Origin: Thermococcus sp.
Lineage (GTDB): Archaea; Methanobacteriota_B; Thermococci; Thermococcales; Thermococcaceae
Direction of reading: 5' to 3'
DNA length: 34,123 bases
Assembly: GCA_015522395.1 (NCBI GenBank)
Contig: WAMH01000071.1
Location: forward strand, 1 to 34,123
Under the pieces are notes generated by a model. It had not been told where the DNA came from and made no database searches. It saw only the letters and a list, made by a program, of their open reading frames with translations. A program made the translations under genes and the position numbers. How positions within the stretch are numbered: position 1 is the first letter of the stretch; each line of letters begins with the position of its first letter. Positions 8,079 through 18,987 of the stretch are shown here, piece after piece.

Positions 8079-9008
8079 ATGCTCGAAAAGTTGTTTTCCC
8101 TTGGCTACTCCAAGACATTTGCAGAGAGATATTACCAGCTCTGGGGAGAGAGGGCTTTGAAAATAGCCGAGGCCATGGAAAGACTCCTGCCGAGGTGCTT
8201 CCGCGTTAATACCCTCCGCATCGAGGTTCCAAAGCTCACAAAGCTCCTCAACAAGAAGGGCTTTCAGTTCAGGCGCGTCCCCTGGGCGAGGGAAGGTTTC
8301 TGTCTGACGAGGGAGCCCTTCTCGATAACCTCCACTCCTGAATACTTAAGCGGCCTCCTCTACATCCAGGAGGCAAGCTCGATGTATCCTCCCGTTGCCC
8401 TTGGGCCGAAGCCAGGAGAAACCGTTGCCGACATGGCGGCTGCACCGGGCGGAAAGACGAGCCATTTGGCCCAGCTGATGGAGAACGAAGGTCTCATATA
8501 CGCCTTCGACGTCGGCGAGGAGCGTTTAAAGGAGACGAGGCTCAACCTCTCCCGCCTCGGCGTTACGAACACCGTCTTAATCCACAGTTCATCGCTCCAC
8601 ATCGATGAACTCGGCGTGGAGTTCGACAAAATCCTCCTCGATGCACCGTGCACAGGCTCGGGAACTATACACAAGAATCCCGAGAGGAAAGCCAACAGGA
8701 CGATGGACGACGTGAAGTTCTGCCAGGGCCTCCAGATGAGGCTCCTTGAGAAGGGCCTGAGCGTCCTCAAGAAAGGTGGAACCCTCATCTACTCCACCTG
8801 CTCCCTCGAGCCTGAGGAGAACGAGTTTGTAATCCAGTGGGTTTTGGATAACTTCAATGTGGAACTGCTCCCGCTCCGCTACGGCGAGCCTGCCTTGACC
8901 AAGCCCTTCGGAATCGAACTGAGCGAGGAGATAAGGAATGCGAGGCGTTTCTACCCCGACAGGCACGGGACGAGCGGCTTCTTCGTGGCGAAGATTCGGA
9001 AGGTCTAA
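8079..9008 (+). CDS. RsmB/NOL1/NOP2/Sun family RNA cytosine-C5 methyltransferase
   Basis: DMAAAPGGKT SAM motif, DAPCTGSG and YSTCS catalytic cysteines, IQEASS. TATA at 8051 lies 28 nt before ATG 8079, so the transcript is probably leaderless. Confidence 0.95.
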   Translation: MLEKLFSLGYSKTFAERYYQLWGERALKIAEAMERLLPRCFRVNTLRIEVPKLTKLLNKKGFQFRRVPWAREGFCLTREPFSITSTPEYLSGLLYIQEASSMYPPVALGPKPGETVADMAAAPGGKTSHLAQLMENEGLIYAFDVGEERLKETRLNLSRLGVTNTVLIHSSSLHIDELGVEFDKILLDAPCTGSGTIHKNPERKANRTMDDVKFCQGLQMRLLEKGLSVLKKGGTLIYSTCSLEPEENEFVIQWVLDNFNVELLPLRYGEPALTKPFGIELSEEIRNARRFYPDRHGTSGFFVAKIRKV

Positions 9009-9934
9009 TCAGCCTCTGGGGCGAGCCTTTCCCCTATCTCCCTCAGCCTCTTCAAAACATCCCCGCTGAGGTGCCTCTCAAGCTCTTCTCTAGCTGCCTT
9101 GGCCAGCTCGAACTTGGACTTGTACTTTCCCAAATCGACCCAGTCTATCTTCTTTCCACCCACAAAGACGTCTATGTCGCAGAGCCTCTTGTAGCCCCTG
9201 TACTCAAGCCCCTTGAGCAGGAACTTCACGCGCTCGGGCTTTTCCCACGTTAGGAGCTTGAGCTTGTAGACGGGAACGCGCATGAACGGCCTTGGATAAA
9301 TCCCAGTCCCAGCCCTCGCCAACGATGAATCCCAGATCGAGGTCCTCTATCACCATCATCAGCCTCTCGATGTGCTCCTCGTAGCGCTTCTCGGTGTTGT
9401 AGACCTTTATCGTCAGCTCATTCCATTCGGGGAGAAGCTTGAAGAGCATGACCGGCAGGTTGATGAGAAGCTCCCTGTAAACGTCGAGGAAGTACCTCCT
9501 TACGAGAACCGCCCCCTCAATATCCTCCGGGCATATTGGAGAGTTCAGCTTCTTCTTGGTGACGCCTATAATCGTGTCCCCCGCCTCTCCCCCACGCTCA
9601 GCGCTTTCATCTGCCCCATGACCTCGCCGCCGAACCTCTCGGCGATCAGCTTGAGTGCCTCCTCAACCTTCTCAGGGATGTGGAGCAGGATTATCGTGCT
9701 CTCCGCCTTTACCTTCTCGATCGGGATCTTTCCGTTCACTACCTCCGAAAGAACCACCTTGGCATCCCTGCGTATCAGAAATCCCTCCTCGGGCAGCACG
9801 GTTGAGTCGCTGGGAGGCGTCACGAATAGCACCGTCTCGAACTCGCTACTGCGCCTTATGACCTCATCGGCCGGAACCCCATTGACGCCGAAGGTGGCCC
9901 TAACACCCTCCTTTATCCCCTCCACCTCGCCCAT
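9005..9934 (-). pseudogene. Hypothetical gene of about 308 aa broken by two frameshifts; CitX-like C-terminal motif
   Basis: The ORFs 9566..9934, 9204..9449 and 9005..9322 join into one protein if 2 nt near 9585-9588 and 1 nt in AAA 9298-9300 are removed. C-terminus contains LE...RLCDIDV. Confidence 0.75.
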
Positions 9935-9971
9935 GAGAAAGACGATGGAAGGCCAAAACGAACCAGCCTCA

Positions 9972-10544
9972 TTACAGACCCCTCCAGATTTTGTATCCCC
10001 TCATCGTGTCCGTCCCAACGGGGTAATCGACCCTAACGGCCCGTCCGCTCGGAAGGAAGATGGAGTTGACCCCGAGAACGGCGTTAAGCCCTTTGGGAAT
10101 CGCCTTGAAATTGTGGCCGTAGAGCCTGAAGTCGGCTTCCCTGTCGGCGACGTCCTTCCATGTGTGGCCGAGTGCGAACTTCTTGCCGCCTATCTCGATC
10201 ACCGTCCCCGGCTCCACAACGGAATCCCCGAAGAACTCCCGCAGAAGTTCCGGGTCGTCCTCATTGCCGGGAACAATGTAAAGCCTGGCTCCCGAGTTCT
10301 TCAGGATTTTGGCGAGCCTCCTCAGCCCCGAGAGGTAGAGCGGCCTCAGGTCTGGCCTCCTCTCCAGCTTCACGTTGTCCACCAAGTCCCCGGTGTGGAC
10401 TATGAAGTCCGGCCTGTTTTCCTCTATCAATCCCTCCAGGAAGCCGTAAACGCTCTCAGGAGTGTCTCCTATGTGCATTAAGAGGGTCTCGTCCGAGGAC
10501 TCGCGGAGTTGCCTCAACCTTCTCCTTCGCAGGAAGCCGAGCAT
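9972..10544 (-). CDS. Calcineurin-like metallophosphoesterase
   Basis: HIGDT, HTGDLVD, GNED, GHT and GHN motifs; likely start MLGFLRRRR at 10544. Confidence 0.85.
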   Translation of the reverse strand: MLGFLRRRRLRQLRESSDETLLMHIGDTPESVYGFLEGLIEENRPDFIVHTGDLVDNVKLERRPDLRPLYLSGLRRLAKILKNSGARLYIVPGNEDDPELLREFFGDSVVEPGTVIEIGGKKFALGHTWKDVADREADFRLYGHNFKAIPKGLNAVLGVNSIFLPSGRAVRVDYPVGTDTMRGYKIWRGL

Positions 10545-10640
10545 GGAATCCACTGAACCCTTTTGGCTGAGGGTGTATATTACCCTTTGGCCCATGGGAG
10601 CGCTTAAAAGGTCTTCACTCTACTTCCACTGGTGTTGAAA

Positions 10641-12366
<1,726 letters not shown>

Positions 12367-12442
12367 GCCAAAGTTGCACAACGTTTTTATATTCTCCCGT
12401 TATTTTTTCTATCTGGCATCAATCTACCCAGGAGGTGTTACT

Positions 12443-13825
12443 ATGAGGAAGGTCAGCGTTCTTATGGCGTTTCTGATAACAGGTTACATACTTGGCATCT
12501 GGAACTTCCTAGTGCTGCCGAAGTACTACATAAACTTCGGACTCAAGGGGTTCCTCGTGTCGCTGATTCCAACGCTTATAGCCCTGTTCCTGATCTACAG
12601 CGAGGCGGACAGCACGAAGAAGACACGCTATCTGATATACGAACTGTTCTTCAAGATAGCGAGGACGCCGGCGCTGATATTCGTCCTGTTGATGTTCCTT
12701 CTTGTGATGCTAGGAGTGACGACCTACTACTCCGCCTACGGCCTCATCTTCATGTTCGGTCTCAGCAACAGCTACGGCTACGTGGCCCTTATGATCATCG
12801 CAACGGTGCTTCTCTCGGCGGGGCTCCTGGTGCTCGCCAAGGGGCACACGCTGGAGTTCATCTCCGTCGTCTCGATACTCTTCATTCTCTTCGCCATTGC
12901 CGCCGCGTTCCTCGTCAGAGGTCAGGCCCTTGGGGCGATAAACTCCGAGCAGGCCCACCTCTACATCAAGGAGGCGGTTTCATCAATAACCTCCTTTGGC
13001 CAGCCTCTCAGCGGGAAAGGAATTCTCTACCTCATAGTCTCAACCCTCGTCTCATTCGGTCTTGGAACGGGCGTTTACTACGTCATAGGCAGCTTCAGTC
13101 CGGAGGACCTCGACTTCAAAAAGGTTCTCGTGGGTGTTTTCATTCTCCAAGTAATCATCAGCTTTGCGGCGGCATTCACGATGGCATACTCCCTCGGGGT
13201 GGCCTATGAGGGGGCGCAGAGGGCTTATCTCAATCCGAACATTCCGCCGGCTGAGGCTCTGAAGCTTTCCATCCAGTTCCAGAGCATACAGCAGTATACC
13301 ACCAACAGCACTCAGAGCCCGATGCACTCCATTGGGGTATTCTACGCCATTCCACAGGTCCTCAGGGGGAACGTTAAAAACGACACTAGTCTCATAGTCC
13401 TCCTGATGCTCTCGCTCTACCTGGCTGGACTAACGACTATTATCGTTCTAATGGAAATGGGCAGCCAGATGCTCTCCGAGGTTATGCAGTTCAGCAGAAC
13501 CCAGAGTCTGGGCTTCATATCGCTCCTCGGAATGGTCGTTTCGGGCGCCATGCTCGTTCACGACACAAGGACGATGTTCGTCGTCGTCCCCTTCGCCGTT
13601 GGAGCTCTCGTGGCAGGGGCGGAGGCTTACCCGCTTCTCTCATCGGAGCTGGCATACAGCAGGCTCATAGGGTCTCTGATAGCGATACTGCTCGGGATAG
13701 GTGCGGTGACCGTTTACTACGCCTTCACCTCCCCCTCAGCGGCTGTAAAGGTCGGTGCGCTCCTAGGGCTCGTCCTGTTCGTGCCGATCTTCCTGAACGG
13801 TGTGCTCCTGAAGTCACGCCGCTGA
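12443..13825 (+). CDS. Multi-pass membrane transporter, sodium:neurotransmitter symporter (SNF)-like
   Basis: Many hydrophobic segments; LGIWNFLVLP, SFGLGTG and AGLTTII resemble NSS TM1/TM6/TM8; SD GGAGGTG before ATG 12443. Confidence 0.7.
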   Translation: MRKVSVLMAFLITGYILGIWNFLVLPKYYINFGLKGFLVSLIPTLIALFLIYSEADSTKKTRYLIYELFFKIARTPALIFVLLMFLLVMLGVTTYYSAYGLIFMFGLSNSYGYVALMIIATVLLSAGLLVLAKGHTLEFISVVSILFILFAIAAAFLVRGQALGAINSEQAHLYIKEAVSSITSFGQPLSGKGILYLIVSTLVSFGLGTGVYYVIGSFSPEDLDFKKVLVGVFILQVIISFAAAFTMAYSLGVAYEGAQRAYLNPNIPPAEALKLSIQFQSIQQYTTNSTQSPMHSIGVFYAIPQVLRGNVKNDTSLIVLLMLSLYLAGLTTIIVLMEMGSQMLSEVMQFSRTQSLGFISLLGMVVSGAMLVHDTRTMFVVVPFAVGALVAGAEAYPLLSSELAYSRLIGSLIAILLGIGAVTVYYAFTSPSAAVKVGALLGLVLFVPIFLNGVLLKSRR

Positions 13826-13895
13826 TTTTCATTTTCAAAAATTTTTTAAAGGCCCCCTCCAACCCGTCTTAGAACGCTTACGGGAGGTTTGAGAA

Positions 13896-14306
13896 ATGGG
13901 AGACAAGACCAAGGTTCAGGTCAGCAAGCTCAAGCCGGGAAGGTATATCCTCATCGACGGCGAGCCCTGCAGGATAGGCAACATAACCGTTTCCTCGCCG
14001 GGCAAGCACGGTTCAGCCAAGGCGAGGATCGAGGCCGTTGGAATCTTCGACGGTAAGGTCCGGAGCATCGTCAAGCCCACCAGCGCCGAGGTTGAGGTTC
14101 CGATCATCGACAAGAGGACGGCCCAGGTTATAGCGATGACCCCGGACACGGTTCAGATCATGGACATGGAGACCTACGAGCTCTACGACATTCCCATCGA
14201 GACCGGCGTTGCCGACGAGATCAAGGACCAGCTCAAGGAAGGTATAAACGTCGAGTACTGGGAGACCCTCGGCAGGATAAAGATCATGAAACTCAAGGGC
14301 GAGTGA
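13896..14306 (+). CDS. eif5a: Translation factor aIF5A (hypusinated)
   Basis: SPGKHGSAK hypusine loop; 136 aa; SD GGAGG. Confidence 0.97.
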   Translation: MGDKTKVQVSKLKPGRYILIDGEPCRIGNITVSSPGKHGSAKARIEAVGIFDGKVRSIVKPTSAEVEVPIIDKRTAQVIAMTPDTVQIMDMETYELYDIPIETGVADEIKDQLKEGINVEYWETLGRIKIMKLKGE

Positions 14307-14308
14307 TG

Positions 14309-14323
14309 CCTTTTTCCTTCTTT
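14309..14323 (+). terminator. Oligo-T terminator after aIF5A
   Basis: CCTTTTTCCTTCTTT directly after the stop. Confidence 0.55.
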
Positions 14324-14370
14324 GCATAACGTTTTAAAGGCCCCCTCCAAAGGAGGGCACGGGTGGGGGC

Positions 14371-14916
14371 ATGGTAAACTTCAGCGGGATCATTCTCCGG
14401 AAGTTCAAGAACATAGCCGGTTCTCGCTACGAGGAGATAATGAAGGCCTACCAGGAGTTCTTTCTCACGGAGGAAGAGCTTCAGATTCCCGAGGTCAAGT
14501 CAATTCTCCTCGTCCTCGACAGGTTCTCCGGCGAGGTTCCAGAGGAGGTTTTCGAGGTTCTCTCGGCCTATCCCGGGGCCAGGATTGAAGTGGTTTACGT
14601 GATAGACGAGGGGCTCTGTTCCATCATAGGGGAAACCCTGGGAGAGGAGGAAGCCGAGGCCTTCAGAAAAAGCGAGGAATCGCTAGGCAGGGAGCTCTTA
14701 AGGGTGACTGAGAGATCCCTCTCGAAATTCGATCTCAGCTTCTCTATGGAGATAACCTTCGCCGACAAAGTGGAGTTCGTTGAAAACGATGCCAAGAACA
14801 GGGACATCCTTGTTGTGTCAAGGCACTTCGGCTCGGAGAGCACCAAAACCCACAGGATCAGCCCGATAGTGTTCAGGATTGTTCAGGGGGTAAAGAAACC
14901 CGTCATCGTTTACTGA
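14371..14916 (+). CDS. Universal stress protein (USP)-like
   Basis: SILLVLD, VVYVID, DILVVS, RIVQGVKKPVIVY USP pattern. Confidence 0.75.
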   Translation: MVNFSGIILRKFKNIAGSRYEEIMKAYQEFFLTEEELQIPEVKSILLVLDRFSGEVPEEVFEVLSAYPGARIEVVYVIDEGLCSIIGETLGEEEAEAFRKSEESLGRELLRVTERSLSKFDLSFSMEITFADKVEFVENDAKNRDILVVSRHFGSESTKTHRISPIVFRIVQGVKKPVIVY

Positions 14917-14925
14917 GGTGGTCAC

Positions 14926-16203
14926 ATGAGTCCGGAAGAGGCGATCGCACTCGCGGTTTTCCTGGGGGTTTACGCCTTTATAATAACGGAGAGGATCCAC
15001 AGAACGGTGGCCGCAATGGTGGGGGCGAGTTTGATCCTGATCGTGGGGATAATCCCATGGGAGAAGGTCCCCGAGTACCTCGACCTCGAAACGCTCCTCC
15101 TGCTCGCCGGCATGATGGTGATCGTCAACGTTTCCCGTGAGAGCGGCCTCTTTGAGTACATAGCCATAAAGACCGCCAAGCTCTCGAATGGGAACCCGAT
15201 GAAGGTCCTTCTCCTGTTCTCCGTCGTTACCGCCGTCGTTAGCGCGTTTCTCGACAACGTCACGACGGTTTTACTGCTGACGCCGATGCTTCTCTACATA
15301 ACCAAGAGGATGGACGTTAACCCCATTCCGTTCCTCCTCGCGGAGATATTCGCGTCCAACATAGGTGGCACCGCAACGCTTATCGGCGATCCGCCGAATA
15401 TAATGATAGGCTCCGCGGCAGGACTGAGCTTCAACGAGTTTCTGGAGAACATGGGGCCGATAGCCGTTGCCAACATCTTCCTTACAATAGCGGTGGTCTA
15501 CCTCGCCTACAAGAATTCCATAAAGGTCACCCCCTCAAAAAGGAAGGAGATTGAGAGGGTTATACTCAGCATGGACGAGGAAGATGCGATAAGGGACTGG
15601 GAACTCTTCAGGAAATCGGTTATAGTGATCTTGGCCATTGTCGCTGGTTTCTTTCTTCACGATACCATCGGAGTGAAGCCAGCCGTTATAGCCCTCTCCG
15701 GAGCCTCTGTGATGCTCCTATGGAGCGGTGTTTCCCCTGAGAGGGCCCTGGAAAAGGTGGAGTGGGCAACCCTGTTTTTCTTCGGCGGGCTGTTTCTCAT
15801 CGTGGGGGCTCTCGTCGAGACGGGGGTCATAGATGCAGCCGCGGGTAAGATTATGGAGCTCATCCACAGCGAGGCCCAGGCCATATTCGTGATCTCATGG
15901 TTTTCGGCGGTTTCGAGCGCGATAGTTGACAACATCCCTCTAACCGCCACCATGATCCCGCTGATAAAAGCGATGGGTTCGAGCGTTAACACGTATCCCC
16001 TCTGGTGGGCGCTCTCTCTAGGTGCCTGCCTCGGGGGGAACGGAACGGCAATAGGTGCGAGTGCAAACGTCGTTGTCTTGGGCATAGCCCACAGGGAGGG
16101 AATAAAGATAACCTTCGGTGAGTTTCTGAAGGTGGGGGCATTGATAATGGTCTCGACCGTTGCTCTTGGCAGTCTGATACTATGGATGAGATACGGACTG
16201 TGA
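14926..16203 (+). CDS. ArsB/NhaD (IT superfamily) ion transporter
   Basis: SAFLDNVTT, ASNIGGTATLIGDPPN, VDNIP, GGNGTAIGASAN. Confidence 0.9.
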   Translation: MSPEEAIALAVFLGVYAFIITERIHRTVAAMVGASLILIVGIIPWEKVPEYLDLETLLLLAGMMVIVNVSRESGLFEYIAIKTAKLSNGNPMKVLLLFSVVTAVVSAFLDNVTTVLLLTPMLLYITKRMDVNPIPFLLAEIFASNIGGTATLIGDPPNIMIGSAAGLSFNEFLENMGPIAVANIFLTIAVVYLAYKNSIKVTPSKRKEIERVILSMDEEDAIRDWELFRKSVIVILAIVAGFFLHDTIGVKPAVIALSGASVMLLWSGVSPERALEKVEWATLFFFGGLFLIVGALVETGVIDAAAGKIMELIHSEAQAIFVISWFSAVSSAIVDNIPLTATMIPLIKAMGSSVNTYPLWWALSLGACLGGNGTAIGASANVVVLGIAHREGIKITFGEFLKVGALIMVSTVALGSLILWMRYGL

Positions 16204-16212
16204 GGTGATCGC

Positions 16213-16662
16213 ATGAGGATACTCGTACTGGTTGACGGCTCTAAGTGGAGTCAGAAAGCGGCACTGCACGCGTTTGCAGTGGCAAAGGGAAAGAAGGCGA
16301 AGGTCGTGCTCTTCTCCGTGCTTGACAGGAGAGAGGTCCGGACAGTGGCCTTCCACGCCAGCGTTATAAGCGGCTCGCTTGATGAGATACGGAACTTTGA
16401 GGAAACCCTCTGGGAGCAGAACAAGAGAAACGTTAAGGAGCTCCTAACGACGCTCCTGGAGGTGGGGCAGAGGGAAGGTGTCAGCTGTGCCTTCAAAATC
16501 GTCGAGGGGCAGGCCAGGGACAGGATCCTTGAGGAGGCCAACTCAGGAAGGTACTCCCTCGTCGTCATGGGTGCCTACGGGAAGAGCGGTAAGACCAGGA
16601 TAGGTTCACTCCTGGAGGACGTCATCGGAGGGATAAGACCACCTGTCATGGTCGTCCGGTGA
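16213..16662 (+). CDS. Universal stress protein
   Basis: ILVLVDGS, VVMGAYG...IGS ATP-binding-type motif, PVMVVR. Confidence 0.9.
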   Translation: MRILVLVDGSKWSQKAALHAFAVAKGKKAKVVLFSVLDRREVRTVAFHASVISGSLDEIRNFEETLWEQNKRNVKELLTTLLEVGQREGVSCAFKIVEGQARDRILEEANSGRYSLVVMGAYGKSGKTRIGSLLEDVIGGIRPPVMVVR

Positions 16663-16706
16663 GCTAACTTTAAAACCACCTTTCCGTTTCCAAGCTGGGT
16701 GGTGAC

Positions 16707-17582
16707 ATGGAGTTCCTTTACACCTACGAGACGTTCAAGCTCGAGCTTCCCCTTACCGAACCAGAGAACGCACGTTACGTAATATTGGGTGTTCCCTTTG
16801 ACGGGACGACGAGCTTCAAGGCGGGGGCGCGCTTCGGGCCTTCACTGACGAGGCACGCGACGCTCAACCTCGAGAGCTACGTCCTCGACTACGACGTTGA
16901 CATTGCGGAACTTCCCATAGCGGATATAGGTGACGTTGCGGTAGTCGCTGGAGATCCCCGTGGGACCGCCGATAGAGTCAGAGAAACGATTGAAGAACTG
17001 AAGAGGGCAAACCCGGCCGGGATTCCAATACTCCTTGGCGGCGAACATTCCCAGACCCTTGGGGCAGTTGAAGCACTGAAGCCAAAAAGCTACGTTGTCT
17101 TTGATGCGCACCTCGATCTTCGCGACAGCTATGAAGAGAACCCCTACAATCACGCTTGCGTTGCGAGAAGGATAAGTGAGCTTGACATCGAGGAGGCCAT
17201 GTTCGGGATAAGGAGCGGGACGAAGGAGGAAGTGGAGTACGCGAAGATGAAGGGCATTCAGTGGGTTCACGCCAGAGATTACAGCTTTGAGTTATTCGTC
17301 GAGCTGGTTAAGCCCCTTCCTGAGCCAGTTTACCTCTCGGTGGACGTAGACGTCTTTGACCTCTCGATGGTTCCCTCAACGGGAACCCCCGAGGCAGGGG
17401 GATTGTCCTTCTGGGACGTTGTCAAAGCTGTTGAATGGCTCGTCGGGAACAAGAGGATAGCGGGCTTTGATGTGATGGAAGTAGCTGGAGAGAATCTCGG
17501 GGACATCACGGCCCTAACAGCGGCAAAGCTCCTCTTCTACTTCATCGGGGCAAATTGGAAAAATCATGAGGAGGGTTTGTAA
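16707..17582 (+). CDS. speB: Agmatinase / aminopropylagmatine ureohydrolase
   Basis: GGEHS, DAHLD, SVDVDVFD, TGTPEAGG ureohydrolase motifs. Confidence 0.93.
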   Translation: MEFLYTYETFKLELPLTEPENARYVILGVPFDGTTSFKAGARFGPSLTRHATLNLESYVLDYDVDIAELPIADIGDVAVVAGDPRGTADRVRETIEELKRANPAGIPILLGGEHSQTLGAVEALKPKSYVVFDAHLDLRDSYEENPYNHACVARRISELDIEEAMFGIRSGTKEEVEYAKMKGIQWVHARDYSFELFVELVKPLPEPVYLSVDVDVFDLSMVPSTGTPEAGGLSFWDVVKAVEWLVGNKRIAGFDVMEVAGENLGDITALTAAKLLFYFIGANWKNHEEGL

Positions 17583-18898
17583 CCCTTCTCCTCAAACTCC
17601 TTGACGATGCTCCTGACGGTCAGCAGCTTCTCCCTGAGGAAGGGAACCCAGAGGGTCTCCACGATGACCGTGGTAAGCACTGCTATTATGGTCACGCCCA
17701 GGATGATCTCTCCCCAGTGGATGAGCTGTGGATCATGGTAGGTCAGACCGAGGGTCAGGGGAAAGCTCGCCAGAGCCGAGGGGACGACGCCCCTGGGTCC
17801 CTCCAGGGATATGAAGAGGTACTCCTTTACGTTGTGCCACTTGAGGATCGGAAGTGCCGCGAGAGGCCTAGCGACGAAGATTATGGCGAATGATATTAGT
17901 ATTCCCTTCCAGAGGTAGTCGTAGATGACCGAGAGGTCTATGCTCGCTCCGAGAAGGGTGAAGATGAATATTGTCGCTATCGCCGCCAGACTCTCGTTGA
18001 AGTGGACCTCCCTTTCAATGGCCTTAACTATCCAGCGCGCGGTTTTGATGTCCTCCTTGAAGAGTATCTTGTGGTTGCCGAGGACTATACCCGTAACGGT
18101 TGCCACGAGGTAGCCCGAGGCGTGAACCATCTCTCCCAGCAGGAATCCTCCAAAGGCCAGGGAGAGGGAGTATATGATGACGTCAGGGAACTCCATGACT
18201 CCCGTCTTCTTGAGGATCCAGTAACCCAAGAAGCCCATGCCTATTCCAATGGCTATGGAGGCAAGCATCTGGTAGAGGAAGAAAACCACTGCGGCAGGAT
18301 AGATCCCTATGTGGCCCGCCATCATCTCGAGTATCCTGGCACTGGGAGCCTGCGGGACGAGAAGAGCAACGGCCACCGACGTCAAGACTATGCCGAGAGG
18401 ATCGTTGAAGATAGACTCTGTCACTATTATGGTTTCGATATCCTGCCTGACGCGATGCTGTCTGAAGAGGGGTATTAACGTGGCGGGGTCTGTGGCACTG
18501 ATTATCGCCCCAAAGAGGAAGCCAACAACGAATGGGACATGGAAAAGCCATGAGAAAACCGCCGCAGCAATGAGGGCCGTGATTAGGAGGCCAACCGTGT
18601 CAAGGGTAAGGACGGTTCCAAGACGCTTTTTCAGAAGGAAGAGACTGAGGTTGTGGCCCTCCGTGAAGAGTATCATAACGAGGCCAAAGACACGCACGTA
18701 ATCAAATAGAACATGGGCCAGGTCCCTGTTTACAAAATTGAGAACGGGTCCAATAAACATTCCAAAGAATATGAACAGCGGAATGTAAGAGACGTTGGTT
18801 CTTTGACTTATAAGAAGCGAAATGAAGCCTATGGCCATCACAATGAAAAAGACGAAGACCATCATCTCAACGCTGGGTAGCCCCGACGCTCCTATCAT
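17564..18898 (-). CDS. nhaP: Na+/H+ antiporter, CPA1/NhaP type
   Basis: ATDPAT, ESIFNDP and GPRGVVP motifs of archaeal NhaP; SD GGAGG before ATG 18898. Confidence 0.88.
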   Translation of the reverse strand: MIGASGLPSVEMMVFVFFIVMAIGFISLLISQRTNVSYIPLFIFFGMFIGPVLNFVNRDLAHVLFDYVRVFGLVMILFTEGHNLSLFLLKKRLGTVLTLDTVGLLITALIAAAVFSWLFHVPFVVGFLFGAIISATDPATLIPLFRQHRVRQDIETIIVTESIFNDPLGIVLTSVAVALLVPQAPSARILEMMAGHIGIYPAAVVFFLYQMLASIAIGIGMGFLGYWILKKTGVMEFPDVIIYSLSLAFGGFLLGEMVHASGYLVATVTGIVLGNHKILFKEDIKTARWIVKAIEREVHFNESLAAIATIFIFTLLGASIDLSVIYDYLWKGILISFAIIFVARPLAALPILKWHNVKEYLFISLEGPRGVVPSALASFPLTLGLTYHDPQLIHWGEIILGVTIIAVLTTVIVETLWVPFLREKLLTVRSIVKEFEEKGYKPSS

Positions 18899-18987
18899 AC
18901 CGATCCCTCCGCGTTTTTCTGCGTCACCGCGATTTGGACAGTCAAATGGATTTTTCTGTACATTCACATGACACCACGGCAATCGCC

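Noticed and set aside
9372-10481. 369-aa plus-strand ORF
   Set aside because: Antisense shadow of the phosphoesterase and the frameshifted gene; no motifs, atypical composition.
12373-12382. GTTGCACAAC as a SurR site
   Set aside because: Spacing is GTTn4AAC, not GTTn3AAC; a single short dyad with no support.
17564-17582. Convergent 3' overlaps (also 2068-2071, 9005-9008, 33941-33951)
   Set aside because: Common in compact Thermococcales genomes.
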